32,000 bases of DNA from Hathewaya proteolytica DSM 3090 (lineage in GTDB: Bacteria; Bacillota; Clostridia; Clostridiales; Clostridiaceae), in assembly GCF_900142225.1 (NCBI RefSeq), contig NZ_FRAD01000023.1, positions 1 to 32,000 of the forward strand, given 5' to 3'. A program made the position numbers and the translations under genes. Positions within the stretch are counted from its first letter, which is position 1; each line of letters begins with the position of its first letter. Shown here piece after piece: positions 13,833 through 20,867 of the stretch. Under the pieces are notes generated by a model. It saw nothing but the letters and a program-made list of their open reading frames with translations, was not told the origin of the DNA and ran no database searches.

Positions 13833-15950
13833 ATGCTATATGTTGTAAAACGTGATGGTAGGAAGGTTGCGTTCCACTGGGACAAAATTCGAAATGCCAT
13901 CAAGGGTGCTGCGGAGGAAATAGGAATTACTTTGACTAAGTCCCAGGAGGAAGCTTTAGTTGAAAAGATAATCGAGAATCTTGCTCACCATGGAAATGAA
14001 GTTGTTAGCGTTGAAGAAATACAAAACGAGGTGGAAAAAGTTCTAAAGGACAGTGGCTTTACAGAGATCAGTAGAGCATACTCTGTTTACAGAATTGAGA
14101 GGACGAGAATTAGAGAAATAAAGTCGGATCTTATGAAAGCCATAGAAAAAATAGGTGTAGAGACAGATCGCGACAACGCCAATGTAGGGAACAATTTTAG
14201 TTCAAAGCTTTTGAGGATAGCATCTGAGTCTAATAAATGGCACAATCTTTCTGTTATGCCAAAGAAATTAGCTAAATTACACGAAAACGGAGATTTATAT
14301 TACCATGACCTGGATTCTTACAACCTAACTGTTAATTGTCTTCACATACCTACAAAAGAAGTATTGTTAAGAGGTTTTAACACAGGCTATGGAACAGTGA
14401 ATATGCCAAAGAGAATTGAGTCAGCTGCTGAATTATCTTGTATACTATTGCAATCTACACAAAATGATATGTTTGGGGGGCAGTCACATCCGGATTTTGA
14501 CAATGATATGGCAGAGTTTATACAACCTACTAGAGATGAAATAATGCAGGATTTAAAAGAGATGGGCATAGAAGGGAAAAAAGCCGAAGAGATAACGGAA
14601 AGAAAGCTTGTTAAAACAGTAAATCAAGCTATGCAGGGAATTGTATACAACCTTAATACAATGCACTCGCGAGCAGGCTCACAGGTTCCCTTTAGTTCTC
14701 TAAATATAGGTATTCCCCTTAGCAAAGATGCAGCATTGGTATGTGAATGCTTCTTGAAAGAGTATGAAAAGGGCTTAGGAAAGGGTGAGCAGCCAGTATT
14801 TCCGAATATCATTTTTAGAGTTAAGGAAGGAGTAAATAAAAAGCCAGAGGACCCATATTATTATCTCTACCAGCTAGCTTGTAGAGTTGCAAGTGTTAGA
14901 ATGAATCCAACCTTCATGAACTTAGATTCAGATTTCAATAAAAAATATTATGACATGGGAATTATACCAGCTACAATGGGCTGTAGAACTTATATATGCA
15001 GTAATTGCAATGGAGAACCTGGTACTAAGGGCAGGGGGAATATAGCACCGACTACCATAAATTTGCCTAGGATAGGACTTTTGAGTAAAGGGAATGTGGA
15101 CAAGTTCTTTGAATTACTATCCATAAGGCTAGAAAATGCTAAGGAATCACTTTTACACAGGTATGATGTTTTAAAGAAACTGAGGGTAAAGGACCTTCCA
15201 TTTGTCGCTGGGCAAGGACTCATGAAGGGATCGGAAAATTTAGGACCAGAGGATTCTATTGAACCAATTCTAAAGCAAGGTACCTTTGCTATAGGTTTTA
15301 TCGGATTAGCGGAAACACTTACAGCGTTAATTGGGGAGCACCACGGCCAATCAGATAATGCCAGAAAGCTTGGCATAAGAATTGTACAACATATAAGAGA
15401 CTATACTGACAAACTTATAGATGAAACAAGTCTCAATTGGAGCGCTTATGCAACTCCAGCAGAGGGACTCAGTGGAAGATTTATACTCCAAGATAAAAAA
15501 GTGTTTGGAGAAATAAAAGGCGTTACGGACAAGGAATACTATACTAATAGTTTTCATATACCAGTTGGCTTCCCAATATCTATGAAATCTAAGATAGATA
15601 TTGAAGCTCCATATCACAAATTATGCAATGGTGGTCATATAACTTATATAGAGGTAGATGATAATCCATCGCCAGAGGTGGTTAAGAGCATAATCGATTA
15701 TGCATACAACCATACCAATATAAGCTATATAGGAGTTAACTTCCACATAAGGTATTGTAAAGATTGTGGAACATCATTGTCCTCGGAGCATTGTAAATGT
15801 CCAAAATGTGGAGGCAATAATATCCAAGGTATTTCAAGAGTAACAGGGTATTTAAGTCTTGATGAAAGATTTGGTCCAGGTAAGTACTATGAACGAAAGG
15901 ATAGATTGACACAGGGTAGCAACAAAAATAACTATAGTAGCTGTTGTTAA
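13833..15950 (+). CDS. nrdD: Anaerobic ribonucleoside-triphosphate reductase (class III RNR, glycyl-radical enzyme)
   Basis: N-terminal ATP-cone (VVKRDGRKVAFHWDKIRNAI), a C-terminal zinc ribbon CKDCG...CPKCG, and the glycyl-radical motif SRVTGYLS. Length is 705 aa. Confidence 0.95.
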   Translation: MLYVVKRDGRKVAFHWDKIRNAIKGAAEEIGITLTKSQEEALVEKIIENLAHHGNEVVSVEEIQNEVEKVLKDSGFTEISRAYSVYRIERTRIREIKSDLMKAIEKIGVETDRDNANVGNNFSSKLLRIASESNKWHNLSVMPKKLAKLHENGDLYYHDLDSYNLTVNCLHIPTKEVLLRGFNTGYGTVNMPKRIESAAELSCILLQSTQNDMFGGQSHPDFDNDMAEFIQPTRDEIMQDLKEMGIEGKKAEEITERKLVKTVNQAMQGIVYNLNTMHSRAGSQVPFSSLNIGIPLSKDAALVCECFLKEYEKGLGKGEQPVFPNIIFRVKEGVNKKPEDPYYYLYQLACRVASVRMNPTFMNLDSDFNKKYYDMGIIPATMGCRTYICSNCNGEPGTKGRGNIAPTTINLPRIGLLSKGNVDKFFELLSIRLENAKESLLHRYDVLKKLRVKDLPFVAGQGLMKGSENLGPEDSIEPILKQGTFAIGFIGLAETLTALIGEHHGQSDNARKLGIRIVQHIRDYTDKLIDETSLNWSAYATPAEGLSGRFILQDKKVFGEIKGVTDKEYYTNSFHIPVGFPISMKSKIDIEAPYHKLCNGGHITYIEVDDNPSPEVVKSIIDYAYNHTNISYIGVNFHIRYCKDCGTSLSSEHCKCPKCGGNNIQGISRVTGYLSLDERFGPGKYYERKDRLTQGSNKNNYSSCC

Positions 15951-15998
15951 GTTGAGTAAAAATAATAATCAATAAAAATAATCAATAAAAATAGCAAT

Positions 15999-16046
15999 AA
16001 AAAAAGAATTGAACTCACCATGAAATAGAGTTCAATTCTTTTTTTT
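15999..16046. terminator. Bidirectional rho-independent terminator between nrdD and the convergent TIM-barrel gene
   Basis: A-tract, 11-bp perfect stem agaattgaact / agttcaattct with a 13-nt loop, then T8. Confidence 0.85.
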
Positions 16047-16058
16047 GCATTAGAGGAT

Positions 16059-16790
16059 CTAAAGAAAACTATCATTCTCTTTGTTTTTATTGCTTTCTTC
16101 CTGAGAAAGTGGTTCTCTAAAGTCCATATAGTTATCACGGTACTTTAGCATTATCTCGTTTAGTATTTCAGATGTAGTTGGAGGCGTATAGGTTATAGCA
16201 TTGGCACCTGCCTCTATGGTTTCCTTAATAGTAGCATCGTTTGGACCACCCGTTGCCATAATAGGAAAGTCAGGGAACTTCTCGCGAATTTTCTTTACTA
16301 TATAAGGTGTTCTTTTAGCACCAGAAACGTTTAATATGGTGGCTCCAGCATCTATTCGAGCTTTAATATCTTCGTATTCAGATACAACAGTTACAATAAT
16401 GGGAATATCAATGGTCTCCCTAACCTGTCGAATTACATCATTTGGTGTAGGATTGTTTACAACAACACCTAGGGCACCTTTAAACTCTGCATCTAGAGCT
16501 AAATTTATAACTCTTTTTCCCGTGGTTATTCCGCCTCCTACTCCGCAAAATACAGGAACATCTGAGGCCATGATCAATGAAGCTGTAATTATGGGTTGCG
16601 GAGTGAAAGGGTACACAGCAATGACAGCATCGGCATTGGTGTTTCTGATAATTGCTACATCCGTTGTAAAAACAAAGGATTTAAGCCTTTTACCAAAAAT
16701 AAGTATACCACTGGCATCCCGAATAGAATTAGGCATTTCGATTATGTGATTTCTTAAGTTGCCTTTAAAGATTGGTACGTTTTTACGCAT
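16059..16790 (-). CDS. Uncharacterised TIM-barrel-like protein (phosphate-binding barrel; NanE/ThiE/BtpA-like by motif pattern only)
   Basis: Alternating beta-alpha pattern with Gly-rich phosphate-binding loops (FCGVGGGITTGKR and PIMATGGPND). Start moved to the ATG at 16790, 7 nt after AAAGGAG. The upstream part of the ORF (to 16910) lacks an RBS. Confidence 0.6.
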   Translation of the reverse strand: MRKNVPIFKGNLRNHIIEMPNSIRDASGILIFGKRLKSFVFTTDVAIIRNTNADAVIAVYPFTPQPIITASLIMASDVPVFCGVGGGITTGKRVINLALDAEFKGALGVVVNNPTPNDVIRQVRETIDIPIIVTVVSEYEDIKARIDAGATILNVSGAKRTPYIVKKIREKFPDFPIMATGGPNDATIKETIEAGANAITYTPPTTSEILNEIMLKYRDNYMDFREPLSQEESNKNKENDSFL

Positions 16791-16934
16791 TGATTTCACT
16801 CCTTTGAACAAGTTGATAATGTATATATAAGTATAACATTTTTTTTCCTTCATGACTATTAGCTGCAACACTATCATTTTTTTTCTGATGGCATTGCAGC
16901 TAATGGACACGTTTCTAAAAGGTAAGTAAGAAAT

Positions 16935-17576
16935 TTAATATTCCAGTATAAATACCTTATTTTCTTTATTTTTAATGTTCTGTAGAGAATCCAATTCAAG
17001 GGAGTTACAATTTACTTTTTCAAAATGGTTAAAGCTGAGCAAAAAATCATCCATATTGTCTAAATCAAAGTTCAATGCCGGGGTTTTGTAGTGCATAGGT
17101 ATAATTATATTTGGGTTAATGAGCCTACATACTTCAGCAGCTTCTTTGCTATCAATAGTATAATTTCCTCCCACAGGGATAAATAGTACATTTATTTCTC
17201 CATAAGATTTTATTTCGTCTTTTGTAGGAATATAACCAAGATCCCCCAGATGACAAAAGTTAATGTTATCTAGTGAAAATGTGAATATTGTATTTAGTCC
17301 ACGTTTGGTTCCATGCATGTTATCATGGTATGAAGGATGCCCAGTGAAGAGCGTTTTACTGCATAGGGTTTCTCCAACTTTATCCAATACTACGTAGTCT
17401 CCTTTTACATACTCTAAGCAGTTATGATCGAAGTGGTGATGGCTTATAGTTACTACGTTAGTCCATATGTCATTTGTTTTATAACCTATAGTATTTGGAA
17501 ATGGATCTGTAAGTATTTTAAATCCATCGTTTGAAGTTATTAAAAAACTGGAGTGTCCAAACCATTTTATATTCAA
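16935..17576 (-). CDS. Metallo-beta-lactamase-fold hydrolase (UPF0173-like)
   Basis: MBL motif ISHHHFDHN with downstream His/Asp ligands (FCHLGDLG, IIPMHY). N-terminus is MNIKWFGHSSFLI. It lies 24 nt upstream of the TIM-barrel gene on the same strand, so an operon is probable. Confidence 0.8.
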   Translation of the reverse strand: MNIKWFGHSSFLITSNDGFKILTDPFPNTIGYKTNDIWTNVVTISHHHFDHNCLEYVKGDYVVLDKVGETLCSKTLFTGHPSYHDNMHGTKRGLNTIFTFSLDNINFCHLGDLGYIPTKDEIKSYGEINVLFIPVGGNYTIDSKEAAEVCRLINPNIIIPMHYKTPALNFDLDNMDDFLLSFNHFEKVNCNSLELDSLQNIKNKENKVFILEY

Positions 17577-17779
17577 AAAATCACTTCCTTATAACTTATA
17601 ATTATAATATACCACTTTCATTATACAATTATTATGGGAAGAATTTATTTAAATTATTATAAAATTAGTTAACAATTAGTTAATATATTTTTTCTCATAT
17701 TTTTTATATGCACTTCAATCACTACTTATGCTATTACACATAGTATAATGATATAAACAATTATCAGAGGTGTTATTCT

Positions 17780-18847
17780 GTGCTTTATGCATTAATACTA
17801 GCGGGTGGAAAAGGAACCAGACTTTATCCTCTATCTAGAAATGAAAATCCAAAGCAATTTCTAAATGTAATAAATGATAAAACTTTTTTAGAAAATACCA
17901 TTGAAAGAATTAGTCCCATTGTTCCTAGGGAAAATATATTCATTGTAACTAATGAACTATATTATGATAAAATATGTGGTATTTTACCTTATATAAATAA
18001 ATCTAATATTTTTATAGAACCATACAATAAAGAGACCGCCACTTGTATAGGCTTTTCTGCTATAAAACTTCTAAAGAGAGATAATGATGCCACAATGATT
18101 GTGCTGCCATCAGATCATCATATTGAAAATGTGAAGGAGTTCCAAGATTGTGTAAATCAAGCTGTATCCATTGCTACAAAGCGACGAGGGATTGTTACTA
18201 TGGGTGTGAATCCAGACAGGCCAGAGACCGGGTATGGATATATTCAAATGGGTGATAGAGTGGATAGCAATATCCCAACCTATAGGGTAGAAAGGTTTTT
18301 AGAAAAACCTAATGTGGAAGTGGCAAAGGATCTACTTTGCAAGGGGGATTATTTGTGGAATAGTGGTATGTTTGTTTGGAGAGCTGATGTATTTTTAAGG
18401 GAAATGGAAAAATATCTTCCCAAAATGTATAAAAGACTTATGATGATATATGAAAGCATCGATTCAGACAAAGAAAGTGAAGTTACAAAAGAGCAATATG
18501 AACTTATAGAGGGAATATCTGTGGATTTTGGTATTATGCAAAAGACGAGAAAAGCATATGTGGTGAAGTGTTCATTTCCCTGGGATGATATTGGAAGCTA
18601 TGCTGCTTTGGGCAGGTTTATGAAGCAGTTTAGGGGCAACAATATAAAAGGGAAGGTGTATATGGAAGATAGCGAAGACTGCTCTGTATTTGCCGATAAA
18701 AGGTTGGTAATAGGGTTTGGTGTGAGTAAGCTGGTCATTGTTGATACTGGTGACGTAATACTTGTTATGAATAAAGACAAGGATCAGGAAATTAAGCATC
18801 TTGTAACGAAATTAAAGGAAGAAAGCGATTTTGAGGAATTTCTATAA
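17780..18847 (+). CDS. manC: Mannose-1-phosphate guanylyltransferase (nucleotidyltransferase domain only, no fused isomerase)
   Basis: N-terminal ILAGGKGTRLYPLS nucleotidyltransferase motif, LPSDHHI, GYGYIQ, and FLEKPN...WNSGMFVW. GTG start 9 nt after AGAGG. Confidence 0.85.
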   Translation: MLYALILAGGKGTRLYPLSRNENPKQFLNVINDKTFLENTIERISPIVPRENIFIVTNELYYDKICGILPYINKSNIFIEPYNKETATCIGFSAIKLLKRDNDATMIVLPSDHHIENVKEFQDCVNQAVSIATKRRGIVTMGVNPDRPETGYGYIQMGDRVDSNIPTYRVERFLEKPNVEVAKDLLCKGDYLWNSGMFVWRADVFLREMEKYLPKMYKRLMMIYESIDSDKESEVTKEQYELIEGISVDFGIMQKTRKAYVVKCSFPWDDIGSYAALGRFMKQFRGNNIKGKVYMEDSEDCSVFADKRLVIGFGVSKLVIVDTGDVILVMNKDKDQEIKHLVTKLKEESDFEEFL

Positions 18848-18876
18848 TATTAATATAGCGAAATATGCAGATATTA

Positions 18877-18913
18877 AAAGTGCTGGGGCTAGTAAAAACG
18901 CTTCAGCACTTTT
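18877..18913. terminator. Bidirectional terminator between manC and the convergent HesB-like gene
   Basis: 10-bp perfect outer stem aaaagtgctg / cagcactttt, with A/T runs forming both flanks. Confidence 0.75.
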
Positions 18914-18928
18914 AAGTACATATTTAGA

Positions 18929-19258
18929 TTAGTGGCAATGAGAACAATTTCCGCAACAACCACCCTCAGGTGCTATTTCTGGCTCTATGGAAAGACCACC
19001 GTAGCCGTTTTCTTCTCCTGATTTTATTGTAAGTTCTCCAAACTCTTCATTGATATCCTTATCCACAAGGAAAGTTGTGTCGTTGACAACTACTGCATTG
19101 TCGTTTTCTTTTTGCTCATCTAGAACAAGACCAAAAGCTGGACCACTGCATCCCATGCCAGAGATGACTATTCTAACAACCTTTGTCTCGATATTATTGT
19201 CTATTAAAACCTGCTGGAATTCCTTGTACGCTCCGTCGCTGATATTTACAAATGCCAT
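18929..19258 (-). CDS. HesB/IscA-like small protein, Cys form, with a Cys/Gly/His-rich C-terminal tail
   Basis: 109 aa. Core is RIVISGMGCSGPAFGLVLDE (an IscA/HesB-type G-C-x-G motif). Tail is EGGCCGNCSHCH. RBS GGAGG lies 9 nt upstream of the ATG. Confidence 0.85.
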   Translation of the reverse strand: MAFVNISDGAYKEFQQVLIDNNIETKVVRIVISGMGCSGPAFGLVLDEQKENDNAVVVNDTTFLVDKDINEEFGELTIKSGEENGYGGLSIEPEIAPEGGCCGNCSHCH

Positions 19259-19322
19259 TATTTTAATCCTCCAATGATTATATAATTGTATTTTTAAAAG
19301 TTACATAAATACTTATGCTAAT

Positions 19323-19351
19323 ATACTAATATAAAGTGTAAAAATGCGCAA
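19323..19351 (-). promoter_or_regulatory. Candidate promoter of the Cys-form HesB-like gene
   Basis: Minus-strand reading gives TTGCGC (19351-19346), 17-nt spacer, TAGTAT (19328-19323). The architecture matches the candidate promoter of the Sec paralogue. Confidence 0.4.
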
Positions 19352-19357
19352 TATATG

Positions 19358-19405
19358 TATTTGAAATTCAAATAGAACACAAATTAAATATTTGAAATTT
19401 AAATA
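19358..19405. promoter_or_regulatory. Two 17-bp palindromes (operator-like) upstream of the Cys-form HesB-like gene
   Basis: TATTTGAAATTCAAATA (19358-19374) is a perfect palindrome. TATTTGAAATTTAAATA (19389-19405) has one mismatch. The centres are 31 bp apart, and the proximal site starts 6 bp upstream of the candidate -35. Confidence 0.45.
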
Positions 19406-19449
19406 TAAAAAACTGCCCTAAGCATATAATCTATGCTAGGGCAGTTTTA
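19406..19449 (-). terminator. Rho-independent terminator of the Sec-form HesB-like gene
   Basis: About 15-bp stem aactgccctaagcata / tatgctagggcagtt with one bulged A. On the minus strand it is followed by T5 (plus-strand aaaaa at 19407-19411). It lies 24 nt past the TAA stop. Confidence 0.8.
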
Positions 19450-19472
19450 AAAACTTTTATGTTTATGTTGGA

Positions 19473-19799
19473 TTAGTGACAGCTAGAGCAGCTAGAGCAT
19501 CCGCCACCTACAGAAGTTGCAGGCTCAATTGAAAGCCCTCCATATCCGTTTTCTTCACCAGATTTAATTGTAAGAACACCAAATTCATTAGTGATATCTT
19601 TTTCTACTAAGAATTTTGTTTCGTTGATTTCTGTAACATTGTCATTTTCTTTTTGTTCATCCAGAACAAGGCCGAAGCTAGGGCCACTTCATCCCATGCC
19701 AGATATAACTATTCTTACTGTATTTGTTTCAATATTATTATCAGTTAAAACTTTCTCGAATTCTTTATAAGCTGAATCGCTCATTTTTACAAAACTCAT
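19473..19799 (-). CDS. HesB/IscA-like selenoprotein candidate: in-frame TGA (19689-19691) read as Sec37; absent from the supplied ORF track
   Basis: Hand translation of the minus strand gives MSFVKMSDSAYKEFEKVLTDNNIETNTVRIVISGMG-U-SGPSFGLVLDEQKENDNVTEINETKFLVEKDITNEFGVLTIKSGEENGYGGLSIEPATSVGGGCSSCSSCH*. ATG at 19799 lies 8 nt after GGAGG (19812-19808). TAA stop at 19475-19473. 72 of the first 93 residues match the neighbour 18929..19258, and the TGA aligns exactly with its Cys37 (TGC at 19148-19150). Confidence 0.8.
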
Positions 19800-19879
19800 T
19801 TCAAATACCTCCTTTGTATTGAAATAATAAATAGATAAACAATAAGCTATTTAAAATATCTATAATTGTTTATAGTAAT

Positions 19880-19908
19880 ATATTAATATAAACATGGACA
19901 ATAATCAA
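19880..19908 (-). promoter_or_regulatory. Candidate promoter of the Sec-form HesB-like gene
   Basis: Minus-strand reading gives TTGATT (19908-19903), 17-nt spacer, TAATAT (19885-19880). The surrounding TTTATATTA[G/A]TATATTA and ACAATTATA blocks are shared with the paralogue's upstream region. Confidence 0.4.
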
Positions 19909-19980
19909 GCTAAAATTATGTAAACTTTTAGGGAATATAATCATAGTGTAGTACTAAGACTAATTTTGGAGTGATTATTT

Positions 19981-20808
19981 ATGAGTAAAAGTATATACAA
20001 ATTAGCTCCTATATTTAAGGGAAAGCCATGGGGATATGAAAAATGGATATTATGTTGTCACAAGGAAGGTGAATCCATTGTCCAGAATGATGATGTGCAG
20101 AACAAGAGTTTGTGGAGTCACCTAGATTACAAGCCATTTCCCCTTATGATAAAAATAATAAGAGCTGAAGAAAATCTATCCATACAAGTTCACCCAGATG
20201 ACTTGTATGCTAAAGAAGTTGAAAATGATACGGGCAAAAATGAATTTTGGTATATAATAGATGCCAAACAAGATGCTGCAGTTTACTGTGGGTTAAAGGA
20301 AAAAATGGATAAAGAACAGCTTAAGGACATTCTAAAACAGGGGACTATAGAAAACTATCTTAACAAGATAGAGGTTAAAGCTGGAGATTATATATATATA
20401 CCAAGTGGAGTAATTCACGCCATTGGAAGAAATGTCACCTTATTAGAAGTACAGAAGAATAGCAATATAACCTATAGAATATACGATTACAACAGGGGAC
20501 GACAGTTGGATTTGCAAAAGGCTCTGGATGTAGTAGATATGCGTAAAAATATCCATGTGGAAAAGAAAGAGGACTTTAAGTTTTTCACCAGTGAAAATTT
20601 TATTATAAAAAAAGAGAGGTTAGATGTCATCGCATCTTACTTCAATAGAGACAATTTCGAAGTTGTTTATATAAAGCAGGGTGTAGGAGTGATTTATAGT
20701 CATGAGGAGCAAATAGAAGTGTGTAGTGGAGATACTATATATATAGAAAAAGGAACATTCTACAATATTCAAGGAGATATGGACTATTTTCATATAATAT
20801 GTAAGTAA
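19981..20808 (+). CDS. manA: Class I mannose-6-phosphate isomerase (cupin type)
   Basis: PMI type I zinc-ligand motifs LSIQVHPDD, NEFWYII and VIHAIG. Short Firmicute-type form (275 aa). Confidence 0.82.
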   Translation: MSKSIYKLAPIFKGKPWGYEKWILCCHKEGESIVQNDDVQNKSLWSHLDYKPFPLMIKIIRAEENLSIQVHPDDLYAKEVENDTGKNEFWYIIDAKQDAAVYCGLKEKMDKEQLKDILKQGTIENYLNKIEVKAGDYIYIPSGVIHAIGRNVTLLEVQKNSNITYRIYDYNRGRQLDLQKALDVVDMRKNIHVEKKEDFKFFTSENFIIKKERLDVIASYFNRDNFEVVYIKQGVGVIYSHEEQIEVCSGDTIYIEKGTFYNIQGDMDYFHIICK

Positions 20809-20855
20809 AAAAAAGCTGTGCATAATCATTTTAATTAATTATGCCACAGCTTTTT
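20807..20855. terminator. Bidirectional terminator between manA and the convergent ABC-F gene
   Basis: A8, stem aagctgtgcataat / attatgccacagctt (one bulge), then T5. Confidence 0.8.
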
Positions 20856-20867
20856 ATGATGTTGAAA

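Noticed and set aside
15958-16000. Short AT-rich direct repeats (aataatcaataaa, 2 copies plus one degenerate copy) after nrdD; considered as a mini-array or CRISPR-like element
   Set aside because: There are only about three 13-bp units with no spacers, in an A-rich run leading into the terminator. This is far too short and simple for a CRISPR array or a mobile-element end.
12857-16749. Antisense or terminator-spanning ORFs 12857..13315 (+), 14387..15617 (several, -), 15736..15972 (-), 15947..16138 (-) and 16336..16749 (+)
   Set aside because: Each lies opposite a well-supported CDS (the ATPase homologue, nrdD or the TIM-barrel gene) or spans a terminator. None has a start context.
19689-19691. 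Reading the TGA as a simple nonsense mutation, which would make 19473..19799 a pseudogene copy of the neighbouring HesB-like gene
   Set aside because: I judge this less likely, though it is not excluded. The stop falls exactly on the conserved ligand Cys codon, and TGC and TGA differ by one base. The 71 downstream codons remain open and highly conserved. RBS, promoter-like elements and terminator are intact. The codons just 3' of the TGA show structure-forming GC substitutions. Sec/Cys alternation is known for this protein family. The decisive test is whether sel genes are present in the genome.
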